A stretch of DNA of 64,000 nt from Gammaproteobacteria bacterium (GTDB lineage: Bacteria > Pseudomonadota > Gammaproteobacteria > SURF-13): positions 531 through 64,530 of the forward strand of contig JBCKVB010000002.1 in assembly GCA_038924245.1 (NCBI GenBank), written 5' to 3'. Of this stretch, positions 10,841 to 20,323 are shown in pieces. The first letter of the stretch is position 1, and each line of letters starts with the position of its first letter. A program made the position numbers and the translations under genes. Below the pieces are notes generated by a model. It was not told the origin of the DNA. It saw nothing but the letters and a program-made list of their open reading frames with translations, and searched no databases.

Positions 10841-11028
10841 TGGAGCGCGAGAACGCGGAGAAGACTTCCTCGGTGCACTTTCTGCGCTTTGAGCTGACCC
10901 AGCCGATGATCGCCGCAGTGAAAAAGGGCGCCAACATCGCCGCCGGCATCGCGCATCCGGCCTATGATTATCAAGTCCCTTCCATTGCGGATGACGTGCG
11001 CGCCGCGCTGGCGCGGGACCTGGATTAG
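10840..11028 (+). pseudogene. DUF3501-family protein, C-terminal ~60-codon fragment (different frame)
   Basis: The frame ending at TAG 11026-11028 reads [62 protein letters not shown]. This matches my memory of the DUF3501 C-terminus. No start codon or N-terminal part is present. Confidence 0.7.
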
Positions 11029-11573
11029 TGTATCCCGCGCGCACAGTGGGGGGCGCGCTGCTGTGCGTGTTCATGGCTGCCGCGGCCTGGGCGGACAGAG
11101 AAGACCCGCTACGCCATGATGATGAAGACGGCGTGCGCTGGCAGGAGCAGGAAAAGCCGCTGCCCGCCTACCCGCTGGAAGCCGGCCTGATAGAGGTCAA
11201 GCCCGACGGCGCGCGCGGGTCTTTTCAGTATCGTCTCGATACTGAATCGCTCAGCACCCATCCCGACGGCATCGTCACCTATACGGTGATCGTGCAGTCG
11301 GACAGCGGCGCGCAAAATGTGTTGTTCGAGGGCATCCGCTGTTCCACCAAGGAGTACAAGACTTATGGTGTGGGCACAGCGGAACAACAGCTTCAACCCG
11401 TCAAGGAAACAAGCTGGCGCAAGATATACAACAAGGACCCGATACGCCACCGCATCGAGCTGTACACTTACTACGTATGCGACGCCAACCAGTCGGTTCT
11501 GCCGCCCAAGCGCATCATCGAGCGCCTGCGCCATCCTGATAGAATACCTTCGCCTTATAACTCGGGCCCGTGA
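11028..11573 (+). CDS. CNP1-like family periplasmic/lipoprotein
   Basis: 181 aa, GTG start, signal peptide ...LLCVFMAAAAWA. The Y..D..S........V.YT......GA.N..FEGIRC....YK.Y pattern is typical of the CNP1-like family. Confidence 0.7.
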   Translation: MYPARTVGGALLCVFMAAAAWADREDPLRHDDEDGVRWQEQEKPLPAYPLEAGLIEVKPDGARGSFQYRLDTESLSTHPDGIVTYTVIVQSDSGAQNVLFEGIRCSTKEYKTYGVGTAEQQLQPVKETSWRKIYNKDPIRHRIELYTYYVCDANQSVLPPKRIIERLRHPDRIPSPYNSGP

Positions 11574-11580
11574 TTGACCC

Positions 11581-13467
11581 ATGAGCCGCGCCTATGATGC
11601 TTCCGCGATAGAAGTACTGAGCGGCCTGGAGCCGGTGCGCCGTCGCCCCGGCATGTACACCGAGACCGAGCGCCCGAATCACCTGGCGCAGGAAGTCATA
11701 GACAACAGCGTGGACGAGGCGCTGGGCGGTTATGCAAAACACATCACTGTCACGCTGCACCAGGACGGCTCGCTTTCCGTGGCCGACGACGGACGCGGCA
11801 TGCCGGTGGACATGCATCCTGAAGAAAAGCTGCCGGGGGTGGAGCTGATTCTCACGCGGTTGCACGCGGGCGGCAAGTTTTCCCATCAGACCTACCGTTA
11901 TTCCGGCGGACTGCACGGCGTCGGCGTGTCGGTGGTGAACGCGCTGTCCAAAAAACTCGAAGTCTGGGTGCGCCGCGGCGGCAAGGAATACCACATGGCG
12001 TTCAAGTCCGGCGCCAAGGCGAGTGAACTCAAGGCGACGGGCGCGGTGGCGAAAAACCTCACCGGCAGCACGGTGCGCTTCTGGCCCGAGGAACAATTTT
12101 TCGACACCACCAGATTTTCCGTCCCGCGCCTGAAACACCTGCTGCGCGCCAAGGCCGTGCTGTGCAGCGGCCTCAAGGTGAGTTTTACTGACGAGGCGAG
12201 CGGCGAAAGCGAGAGTTGGCATTACGAAGACGGCATCAAGAGTTATCTGAGCGCGGCGCTCAAGGGCGTTACGACGACGCCCGATGAACCCTACACCGGC
12301 AGTCTCGCGGGCAATAACGAGACCGTGGACTGGGCCGTGACCTGGCTGCCGGAAGACGGCGACCTGGTCACGGAAAGCTACGTCAATTTGATCCCCACCA
12401 CGCAGGGCGGCACGCACGTCAACGGATTCCGCGGCGGCTTGACCGAGGCGTTGCGCGAGTTCTGCGAATTCAGGAACCTGCTGCCGCGCGGCGTGAAGCT
12501 CGCGCCGGAAGACGTGTGGGAGCGCTGCACCTATGTGCTGTCGGTGAAATTGCTTGAACCGCAGTTTACCGGCCAGACCAAGGAACGCCTCACCTCGCGC
12601 GAGTGCGCGGCGTTCGTCGGCGGCGTGGTGAAGGACAGTTTCAGTCTGTGGCTCAACCAGCACACCGTGCAGGGCGAGACCATCGCCAATCTCGCCATCG
12701 CCATCGCCGAGCGGCGTTTGCGCGCGGCCAAAACCGTGGTGCGCAAGAAAATCACCGGCGGCCCGGCGCTGCCCGGCAAGCTCGCGGATTGCGTTTCACA
12801 AGACCTCGCGCGCACCGAATTATTTCTGGTGGAAGGCGACTCGGCCGGCGGCTCCGCCAAGCAGGCGCGCGACCGTAACCATCAGGCGATACTGCCGCTA
12901 CGCGGCAAGATCCTCAACACCTGGGAGGTGACCTCGGCGCAAGTCCTCGCCTCGCAAGAGGTGCACGACATCGCGGTGGCCCTGGGCGTGGATCCCGGCT
13001 CGGCTGATTTAAGCGGCTTGCGTTACGGCAAGGTATGCATCCTGGCCGACGCCGATTCCGACGGCGCACACATCGCAACCCTGCTGTGCGCGCTGTTCCT
13101 GCGCCATTTCCAGCCCTTGGTGGCGGCGGGCCATGTGCACGTCGCCATGCCGCCGCTGTACCGCATTGATGCGGGCAAGGAAGTGTTTTACGCCCTGGAC
13201 GAGGGCGAAAAACAGGGCGTGCTGGATCGCATCGCGGCGGAAAATATCAAAGGCAAGGTGAATATCCAGCGCTTCAAGGGCTTGGGTGAAATGAACCCGC
13301 GGCAGTTGCGCGAGACCACCATCGCGCCGGATACGCGCCGTCTGATTCAGTTGACGCTGGATGAGAGGGATCAGGCGCCGAAGCTGCTCGACATGCTGCT
13401 CGCCAAAAAGCGCGCCGCCGACCGGCGCGAGTGGCTGGAACAAAAAGGCAACCTGGCCGAGGTGTAG
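11581..13467 (+). CDS. parE: DNA topoisomerase IV subunit B
   Basis: 628 aa. GHKL ATPase N-terminus (LEPVRRRPGMYT), TOPRIM (ELFLVEGDSAGGSAK) and a ParE-size C-terminus. Confidence 0.92.
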   Translation: MSRAYDASAIEVLSGLEPVRRRPGMYTETERPNHLAQEVIDNSVDEALGGYAKHITVTLHQDGSLSVADDGRGMPVDMHPEEKLPGVELILTRLHAGGKFSHQTYRYSGGLHGVGVSVVNALSKKLEVWVRRGGKEYHMAFKSGAKASELKATGAVAKNLTGSTVRFWPEEQFFDTTRFSVPRLKHLLRAKAVLCSGLKVSFTDEASGESESWHYEDGIKSYLSAALKGVTTTPDEPYTGSLAGNNETVDWAVTWLPEDGDLVTESYVNLIPTTQGGTHVNGFRGGLTEALREFCEFRNLLPRGVKLAPEDVWERCTYVLSVKLLEPQFTGQTKERLTSRECAAFVGGVVKDSFSLWLNQHTVQGETIANLAIAIAERRLRAAKTVVRKKITGGPALPGKLADCVSQDLARTELFLVEGDSAGGSAKQARDRNHQAILPLRGKILNTWEVTSAQVLASQEVHDIAVALGVDPGSADLSGLRYGKVCILADADSDGAHIATLLCALFLRHFQPLVAAGHVHVAMPPLYRIDAGKEVFYALDEGEKQGVLDRIAAENIKGKVNIQRFKGLGEMNPRQLRETTIAPDTRRLIQLTLDERDQAPKLLDMLLAKKRAADRREWLEQKGNLAEV

Positions 13468-13716
13468 GCGTCAGGTTATTGCAGGTCAGGCTGCCAGACA
13501 GTCAACCTGATGCTGATGAATGCCATCGCCCACCCTCTCCCCAACCCTCTCCCGCCCTGCGGGAGAGGGGGATGTTCCCTCTCCCCGTTTGCGGGGAGAG
13601 GGCCAGGGAGAGGGGTGAGTCATCGTAGATCAGGCTGCGAAGCTGCCTGACAATCTCTGTGTCACGGAGCGCTGCGCGCACCGTGACCTACGCGCTGAGT
13701 ACTCATAAGTCAGTAG
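13463..13716. repeat. Composite repeat cluster (REP hairpins plus CCCTCTCCC/GGGAGAGGG cloverleaf)
   Basis: GTGTAGGCGTCAGGTT...AACCTGATGC overlaps the parE stop. 13531-13619 holds nested CCCTCTCCCG-CCCT-GCGGGAGAGGG and CCCTCTCCCCG-TTT-GCGGGGAGAGGG hairpins. 13625-13693 is nearly identical to 18099-18167. Confidence 0.8.
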
Positions 13717-13717
13717 G

Positions 13718-14287
13718 TCAGGCGAGGCTGTTGCCCAGGCCGGTGAGCGGCGCCACCACCAGCATCAGCAAAAGCTGGAGGGCGATCAATACCGCGACCG
13801 GCGAGAAATCCAGACCGGAGATGGGCGGGATGTAGCGGCGCACGGGTTTGAGCAGCGGCTCGGTCAGGTCGTGCAGCAGCGCGGTGAGCGGATTGTAATC
13901 ACCGGGCCTGACCCAGCTCAAAATCACCTGGATGATAATCCCGATCAGGAATATGTAAATCAGCAGTTGCAGCAGCCCCGCCAGCGCGAGCACCAGCAGG
14001 CCCGGCAGGCGCAACACGTGGCCCAGCGCGATGGCGGTGAGCGTAAGCTCCATCATCTTGAGCGCCAGCAGCAATAGCACGGAGGCGAGGTCTATGCCGA
14101 GCAGGCCAGGGATGATGCGGCGCAAGGGCTTGAGCGGCGGATTGGTGATCTTGACCAGAAATTGCGACAGCGGGTTGTAAAAATCCGCGCGCACCATCTG
14201 CAGCAACAGTCGCAGCATGACGGCGAGGATATACAACCCGAATACGGTTTGAATCAGATAGGCCGCGGCCTGGCCGAAATAATTCAT
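13718..14287 (-). CDS. yggT: YggT family membrane protein
   Basis: 189 aa, duplicated YGGT-type TM repeats; conserved position next to proC and yggS. Confidence 0.85.
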   Translation of the reverse strand: MNYFGQAAAYLIQTVFGLYILAVMLRLLLQMVRADFYNPLSQFLVKITNPPLKPLRRIIPGLLGIDLASVLLLLALKMMELTLTAIALGHVLRLPGLLVLALAGLLQLLIYIFLIGIIIQVILSWVRPGDYNPLTALLHDLTEPLLKPVRRYIPPISGLDFSPVAVLIALQLLLMLVVAPLTGLGNSLA

Positions 14288-15108
14288 GCATCCCCCCCCA
14301 GTTGTTTGGCAAGTTCCACCGAACGCGCCTGTGCCGCCTTGAACGCGGCCTCGAATAATTCCCGCAACCCCCCCTGCTCCAATACCTTGAGCGCCTGTTC
14401 CGTGGTGCCGCCCTTAGACGTGACGCGCGCGCGCAGTTCGGCGGTGCTCTCATTGCTCTCCAGGGCGATCTTCGCCGCGCCGAAGGCGGTTTGCAGCGTC
14501 AGCAGGCGCGCGGTGGCGCGCGTCAGCCCCGCTTTTACCCCGGCTTCCTCCAGCGCCTCCATGACCAGGAAAAAATACGCGGGCCCGCTGCCGGACAGCG
14601 CGGTGACCGCGTCCATGAGCGTTTCGTCTTCCAGCCATACCGCGACGCCCACCGCGCGCAAAATACTCTCCGCCGCGCTCTTTTGCGCGTCACTGGTCAG
14701 GGCGTTGGCATACAACGCGCTGGCGCCGCTTTGCACTAGGGCGGGCGTATTCGGCATGGCGCGCACGATGGCCTGGCCGCCTCCGAGCCAGTGATCCAAA
14801 TCCGCAATATGGACACCCGCGGCGATGGAAATAACCAGCGGCCGGGTTTGCAGCGCCCGCGGCGCGAGTTCGGTGGCGACCTGCTTTATCGCCTGCGGTT
14901 TCACCGCCAGCAGCCACACCGCGCTGTGTTGCGCCGCTTCCAGGTTGGACTGCGTGGTGTGCACGAAAAAGCGCTCGTGCAGGGCGGCGAGTTTCGCATT
15001 ATCAGGATCAGAGACCCAGATGGCCTGGGCGTCATAGCCGTCAGCGATTAATCCGCCGATCAGGCTCGCCGCCATGTTCCCCCCGCCGATGAAGGCCATA
15101 CTATGCAT
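14284..15108 (-). CDS. proC: Pyrroline-5-carboxylate reductase
   Basis: MAFIGGGNMAASLIGGL NADP-binding N-terminus and C-terminal VTSKGGTTE motif. The start is uncertain (ATG 15108, ATG 15099 or TTG 15132). Confidence 0.9.
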   Translation of the reverse strand: MHSMAFIGGGNMAASLIGGLIADGYDAQAIWVSDPDNAKLAALHERFFVHTTQSNLEAAQHSAVWLLAVKPQAIKQVATELAPRALQTRPLVISIAAGVHIADLDHWLGGGQAIVRAMPNTPALVQSGASALYANALTSDAQKSAAESILRAVGVAVWLEDETLMDAVTALSGSGPAYFFLVMEALEEAGVKAGLTRATARLLTLQTAFGAAKIALESNESTAELRARVTSKGGTTEQALKVLEQGGLRELFEAAFKAAQARSVELAKQLGGDA

Positions 15109-15134
15109 GGTAAGTGTTCCTGTTTCTTGCAAGT

Positions 15135-15842
15135 TTAACGCATTTTGGCGCGCGCGCCGAAAATGGCCGTGCCCACGCGCACCAAAGTCGCGCCTTCGGC
15201 TATCGCCGCCTCCACGTTATCCGACATGCCCATGGATAAGGTATCGAGATGCCATCCTTGCGCATCAAGCTCATGGTATGCCTGGTGCAGCTTATGAAAA
15301 GCGCTGCGCTGCGTATTAAAGTCCGGCGTCGGCGCAGGCAGCGTCATGAGTCCGCGCAATCTCAAGCGCGGCAGCCGCGCCACCGCGCGCGCCAGCTCCG
15401 GCAGCTCATCCAGCGTGGTTCCCGCCTTGGTGGCCTCGCCGCTTACGTTGACCTGCAAGCAGATGTTGAGAGGTACCAATGATTCAGGGCGCTGCTCGCT
15501 CAAGCGCCGGGCTATGCCTAAGCGATCAATGCTGTGCACCCAGCTAAAATGCGCGGCGATGAGTCTGGTTTTATTACTTTGTACCGGACCGATAAAGTGC
15601 CACTCAATGCCGCGATCCATAAGTCTAGGGTCAGTTATTTTAGCAAGCGCCTCCTGCACATAGTTTTCCCCGAAGCGCGTAAGCTCGGTCTTGAGCGCCG
15701 CCTCGATATACTCCACCGGGCAGGATTTACTGACCGCGACGATGTCTGCCGAACCGGGCGCGCGGCCGTATGCCGCCTCGGCCTTGGCGATACGTAGTCT
15801 CAGCGCTGCGATGCGTTCGGCGATCAGGGTGGTTGCGTCCAT
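15135..15842 (-). CDS. yggS: YggS family pyridoxal-phosphate homeostasis protein
   Basis: 235 aa. ...VAVSK... PLP-lysine motif, FGENYVQE, HFIGP.QSNK. Confidence 0.9.
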   Translation of the reverse strand: MDATTLIAERIAALRLRIAKAEAAYGRAPGSADIVAVSKSCPVEYIEAALKTELTRFGENYVQEALAKITDPRLMDRGIEWHFIGPVQSNKTRLIAAHFSWVHSIDRLGIARRLSEQRPESLVPLNICLQVNVSGEATKAGTTLDELPELARAVARLPRLRLRGLMTLPAPTPDFNTQRSAFHKLHQAYHELDAQGWHLDTLSMGMSDNVEAAIAEGATLVRVGTAIFGARAKMR

Positions 15843-15891
15843 GACGGTTAAGCGTTACCTTAAACAGACTTAAGAATAAAAAGGGCACACG

Positions 15892-16929
15892 ATGGATATC
15901 GCCGAACTGCTGGCCTTCAGCGTTAAAAACAACGCCTCCGATCTGCACCTCTCTGCGGGCATGCCGCCTATGATCCGCGTGGACGGCGATATGCGCAAGA
16001 TCAATGTGCCGCCGCTGGAGCACAAACAAGTGCACGCGCTGGTGTACGATATCATGAACGACAAGCAGCGCAAGGATTACGAGGAATTTCTGGAAACCGA
16101 TTTTTCGTTTGAAATTCCCGGCCTGGCGCGCTTCCGCGCCAACGCCTTCAACCATCTGCGTGGCGCGGGCGCGGTGTTCCGCACCATTCCCTCCAAGATC
16201 AAGACCCTGGAAGAGTTGGGTTGTCCGCCGATCTTCAAGGAGATCGCCGATCAGATACGCGGCATTGCACTGGTTACCGGCCCCACCGGCTCGGGCAAGT
16301 CTACCACGCTCGCGGCCATGGTTAATTACATCAACGAGACGCGCCACGAGCACATCCTCACCATAGAAGATCCGATTGAATTCGTGCACGAAAGCAAAAA
16401 CTGCCTCATCAATCAGCGCGAGGTGCACCGCGACACGCTGGGCTTCAACGAGGCGCTACGTTCATCCACGCGCGAAGACCCGGACGTGATTCTGGTGGGC
16501 GAGCTGCGCGATCTTGAAACCATCCGCCTCGCGCTCACCGCCGCCGAGACCGGTCACCTGGTATTCGCCACGCTGCACACCAGTTCCGCGGCCAAGACCA
16601 TAGACCGCATCATAGACGTGTTCCCAGCGGCGGAGAAAGACATGGTACGGACGATGTTTTCAGAATCCTTGCGCGCGGTTATTTCTCAGGTGCTGTTGAA
16701 AAGGCCGGGCGGCGGGCGCATCGCTGCGTGGGAGGTCATGATCGGCACGCCCGCGATCCGCAATCTGATCCGCGAAAACAAGGTGGCACAGATGTACTCC
16801 GCGATTCAGACCGGGCAGGCGATTGGCATGCAGACGCTCGATCAATATTTGCAGGGGCTGGTGGCCAAGAATCTGGTGAGCAAGGCCGAGGCGCGTAATT
16901 ACGCGGCCAGCAAAGAAACCTTCAAATAA
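15892..16929 (+). CDS. pilT: Type IV pilus retraction ATPase PilT
   Basis: 345 aa. NASDLHL, Walker A GPTGSGKST, and the AIRNLIRE motif typical of PilT. Confidence 0.93.
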   Translation: MDIAELLAFSVKNNASDLHLSAGMPPMIRVDGDMRKINVPPLEHKQVHALVYDIMNDKQRKDYEEFLETDFSFEIPGLARFRANAFNHLRGAGAVFRTIPSKIKTLEELGCPPIFKEIADQIRGIALVTGPTGSGKSTTLAAMVNYINETRHEHILTIEDPIEFVHESKNCLINQREVHRDTLGFNEALRSSTREDPDVILVGELRDLETIRLALTAAETGHLVFATLHTSSAAKTIDRIIDVFPAAEKDMVRTMFSESLRAVISQVLLKRPGGGRIAAWEVMIGTPAIRNLIRENKVAQMYSAIQTGQAIGMQTLDQYLQGLVAKNLVSKAEARNYAASKETFK

Positions 16930-16942
16930 AAAGGCTCAAGCG

Positions 16943-18097
16943 ATGGATTTTAATACCTTATTGAAGATGATGGTGGAGAAAAACGCCTCCGATTTATTCA
17001 TCACCGCGGGTATGCCGGCGAGCCTGAAAGTGCACGGCAAGATCGCGCCGGTGACGCCCGCGCCGCTCAACGCGGAACAGACGCGCGCCATCGCCTACAG
17101 CCTGATGGACGCCAAACAGCGCGCCGAGTTCGACAAAACCCAGGAGTGCAACTTCGCCATCAACCCGCCCGGCGTGGGGCGTTTCCGCGTCAACGTGTTC
17201 GTGCAGCAGCAGCGCGTCGGCCTGGTGCTGCGCAAGATCGAGACCAGGATACCCAACTTCGAGGAGCTGCGCCTGCCGCCGATACTGAAAGACATCGCCA
17301 TGACCCAGCGTGGCCTGGTGATCTTCGTGGGCGGCACCGGCTGCGGCAAATCCACCTCGCTCGCCGCCATGGTCGGCTACCGCAACGAGAACAGCAGCGG
17401 CCACATCATCACCGTCGAGGACCCGATTGAATTCGTGCACGAGCATAAGGGCTGCATCATCACGCAGCGCGAGGTGGGCGTGGACACGGAAAGCTACGAG
17501 GTAGCATTGAAGAACACCCTGCGCCAGGCCCCGGACGTGATCCTGGTGGGTGAAATCCGCGCGCGCGAAACCATGGAGCACGCCATCGCCTTCGCCGAAA
17601 CCGGGCACCTGTGCCTGTCCACCCTGCACGCCAACAGCGCCAACCAGGCCATGGACCGCATCATCAATTTCTTCCCGGAGGAGCGCCGCCGGCAACTGCT
17701 CATGGACCTCTCGCTTAATCTCAAGGCGGTGATCTCGCAACGCCTGATCCCGACCAAGGACGGCAAGGCGCGGCGCGCGGTGGTGGAAATCCTGCTCAAT
17801 ACGCCGTTGGCCGCCGATTTCATCCTGAAAGGCGAGGTGCATCAACTGAAGGACCTCATGGCGCGTTCCAATGAGCAGGGCATGAAGACCTTCGACCAGG
17901 CGCTGTTTGACCTCTACAAGACGGGCGAGATCAGTTACGAAGAGGCGCTGCGCAACGCCGACTCGCAAAACGAACTGCGCCTGATGATCAAGCTGAGCGA
18001 GGAGGGCGGTGCGCAAAAACTCGCCCAAGCCGCGACGGGCTTGACGCTGCAAGAGACGGATACCGACACCGGAAACCTGATGGTAAAGCGTAAATAG
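16943..18097 (+). CDS. pilU: Type IV pilus ATPase PilU
   Basis: 384 aa PilT paralogue directly after pilT. Walker A GGTGCGKST; longer C-terminus. Confidence 0.88.
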   Translation: MDFNTLLKMMVEKNASDLFITAGMPASLKVHGKIAPVTPAPLNAEQTRAIAYSLMDAKQRAEFDKTQECNFAINPPGVGRFRVNVFVQQQRVGLVLRKIETRIPNFEELRLPPILKDIAMTQRGLVIFVGGTGCGKSTSLAAMVGYRNENSSGHIITVEDPIEFVHEHKGCIITQREVGVDTESYEVALKNTLRQAPDVILVGEIRARETMEHAIAFAETGHLCLSTLHANSANQAMDRIINFFPEERRRQLLMDLSLNLKAVISQRLIPTKDGKARRAVVEILLNTPLAADFILKGEVHQLKDLMARSNEQGMKTFDQALFDLYKTGEISYEEALRNADSQNELRLMIKLSEEGGAQKLAQAATGLTLQETDTDTGNLMVKRK

Positions 18098-18098
18098 T

Positions 18099-18167
18099 TG
18101 TAGGTCAGGCTGCGAAGCTGCCTGACAATCACTGTGTCACGGAACGCTACGCGCACCGTGACCTACG
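18099..18167. repeat. REP/BIME pair (GTAGGTCAGG and GTAGGTCACGG heads)
   Basis: TGTAGGTCAGGCTGCGAAGCTGCCTGACAATCACTGTGTCACGGAACGCTACGCGCACCGTGACCTACG. A near-identical copy lies at 13625-13693. Confidence 0.8.
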
Positions 18168-19059
18168 TGTTTAAACTTGCTACTTGTAAAGCGTCAAACA
18201 CCGGGCCGTCCACGCACACGCGTTTCATGGCCGGGCCGTGCGCGGTGCTGATCTCCACCACGCAACCCGCGCAGCCGCCCACCGCGCAGGCCATGTATTC
18301 TTCCAGCGACACTTGGCAGGGCAAATTGTAATCACGCGCCAGTTGCGCGCTCGCTTTCAGCATCGGGTGCGGGCCGCAGGCGTAGATCTCCACTTCTTTT
18401 CTCCGCGCGTCACTCAAGGCGTCGAGCCAGCGCCGCGCAAGATCAGTCACGTAACCCTCGAAACAGCCGGCATAGCCCTGCATACTGGCGAGGCGGCTCG
18501 CTATGCCCCAGTCTTCCATGAGCGGCATGGCGGCGATCACGCCTTCGGGCAGGCCGGGGATTAATATCTTTGAAGGCCGCGCCGTGAAGGGGAACAGTAC
18601 TTCCGAGCCCATGATGACCAACGGCTGGTATTTTTTTTGCGCGCGCAACACATCGGCGAGAAACACCATGGGCGGAATGCCCACGCCGCCGCCCAACAGT
18701 AATGCGCGCGGCCGCTCCGGGTGCGGTGTGTAGGGCATGCCTATCGGCCCCATCAGGCTGATGGTTTCTCCCGTCTTGCGCCGCGCCAGCAGCCCCAGTC
18801 CCAAACCCGCGGTCTTGTAAAGAAACTCCACCCAGCCGTTGCCGGCGTCCACGCGCATGATGGACAGCGGGCGGCGCATCGGCAGCAGCGGATCGCAAGT
18901 GAGGTGCGCAAAGCTGCCCGGCCTGGCATGGGCCGCGCACTGCGGCGCACGCACGCGCAGCACGTATTGATGGCCTGGATAACTCTGATGCGAGAGCACC
19001 TCGGCGTCTTCGACGAAAATCGTGCCGCGATGATGGGGTTTAGGTTTATTCGAGTTCAT
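18163..19059 (-). CDS. Dihydroorotate dehydrogenase electron-transfer subunit-like (PyrK family) flavoprotein
   Basis: 298 aa. RRPLSIM FAD motif, GGGVGIPP NAD motif and a C-terminal C..GGCAGC...C 2Fe-2S motif. Downstream of pyrC'. Confidence 0.75.
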   Translation of the reverse strand: MNSNKPKPHHRGTIFVEDAEVLSHQSYPGHQYVLRVRAPQCAAHARPGSFAHLTCDPLLPMRRPLSIMRVDAGNGWVEFLYKTAGLGLGLLARRKTGETISLMGPIGMPYTPHPERPRALLLGGGVGIPPMVFLADVLRAQKKYQPLVIMGSEVLFPFTARPSKILIPGLPEGVIAAMPLMEDWGIASRLASMQGYAGCFEGYVTDLARRWLDALSDARRKEVEIYACGPHPMLKASAQLARDYNLPCQVSLEEYMACAVGGCAGCVVEISTAHGPAMKRVCVDGPVFDALQVASLNT

Positions 19060-20323
19060 ACACCACTTCGCCCGCGAGCAGCGTGTGCGTCACGCGTCCC
19101 TTGAATTCCCAGCCCAGGAAAGGCGTGTTGCAGCCGCGGCTACGCAGGGTCTCCGCGCCGAGGGTCCAGTGTTGTTCGGGATCGAAGATGCAGATGTCGG
19201 CGGGTGCGCCTACCTGGAGCGTACCGGCTTCGATGCCGAGGATGCGCGCCGGGCCGATGGTCAGGCGCGCGAGCGCGTCCGGCAGTGAAAGCACGCCCTC
19301 TTGCGCCAAACGCAAGGTGAGCGGCAGCAAGGTTTCCAGCGCCGAGATGCCGGGTTCGGTCTCGCTGAAGGGGCCGAGTTTGGCGTCGGCCTCGTGTGGC
19401 TGATGATCGGAGCAGATGGCGCTCAACGTGTTTTGCGCCAGCGCGTGGCGCAAGCCTTCCAGATCGCGCCGCGCGCGCAGCGGCGGGCGCACGTGGCACA
19501 GGCTGTTGAAGTGGCCGAGATCCATGTCGGTGAGATGCAGGTGGTGTGCGCTCACATCGGCCGTCACCGGCAGGCCGTCATGCTGCGCGTGCCCTATCAT
19601 CTGCACCGCGCGCGCGGAAGATACATGACAGAAATGCGCGCGTACGCCGGTTTGTTCGATCAGGATCAGCTCGCGCGCCACTGCGGCGGTTTCCGCGGAC
19701 TCCGGAATGGCGGGCAGTCCCAGGCGCGTGCTCACCGCGCCCTCGTGCGCGCAACCGCCCGCCGCGAGCTGCGCGTCCTCGGCGTGCAGGAATACGGTGA
19801 GGCCATGCGTGGCCGCGTACTCCATGGCGCGGCGCATGATGAGCGCGTTGCTCACCGGATGCAGCGCATTGCTCACCCCCACGCAGCCCGCCTCTTTAAG
19901 CGCGGCCATTTCGCTCAGCTCCACACCAGCCAGACCCTTGGTGAGCGCGCCCAGCACCAGCACGCGCGCCTTGCCCGCCTGCGTGGCGCGCTGATGGATA
20001 AGCTCCGCCACCGCGGGTGTGTCTATCACCGGCTGGGTATCGGGCGGACAGCACAAGGTGGTGATGCCTCCCGCCGCCGCCGCCGCCGTCTCGCTGGCGA
20101 TGGTCGCCTTGTGCTTGAAGCCCGGCTCGCGCAGCCGCGCCGACAGGTCTATGAGACCCGGGCACACGATGCGCCCCTGCGCGGAGATTGCACGCTCCGC
20201 CTTGAAGCCCGCGGGCGCCTTGCCCAGCGCGACGATGCGCCCGGCGTCGAGATGCAGGTCTTGCACCTGGTCCACGCCATAGCCTGGGTCTATCAATCTT
20301 CCATTTTTGATAGATATTTTCAA
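19046..20323 (-). CDS. Dihydroorotase-like protein (PyrC' type, partner of PyrB)
   Basis: 425 aa amidohydrolase fold, abutting the pyrB stop as in Pseudomonas pyrB-pyrC'. Confidence 0.85.
   Translation of the reverse strand: MKISIKNGRLIDPGYGVDQVQDLHLDAGRIVALGKAPAGFKAERAISAQGRIVCPGLIDLSARLREPGFKHKATIASETAAAAAGGITTLCCPPDTQPVIDTPAVAELIHQRATQAGKARVLVLGALTKGLAGVELSEMAALKEAGCVGVSNALHPVSNALIMRRAMEYAATHGLTVFLHAEDAQLAAGGCAHEGAVSTRLGLPAIPESAETAAVARELILIEQTGVRAHFCHVSSARAVQMIGHAQHDGLPVTADVSAHHLHLTDMDLGHFNSLCHVRPPLRARRDLEGLRHALAQNTLSAICSDHQPHEADAKLGPFSETEPGISALETLLPLTLRLAQEGVLSLPDALARLTIGPARILGIEAGTLQVGAPADICIFDPEQHWTLGAETLRSRGCNTPFLGWEFKGRVTHTLLAGEVVYELE

Noticed and set aside
13431-13628. 65-aa ORF (…PSPQPSPALRERGMFPLPVCGERARERGESS) after parE.
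   Set aside because: It is the translation of the CCCTCTCCC/GGGAGAGGG hairpin cluster. The region is repeat DNA, not a gene.
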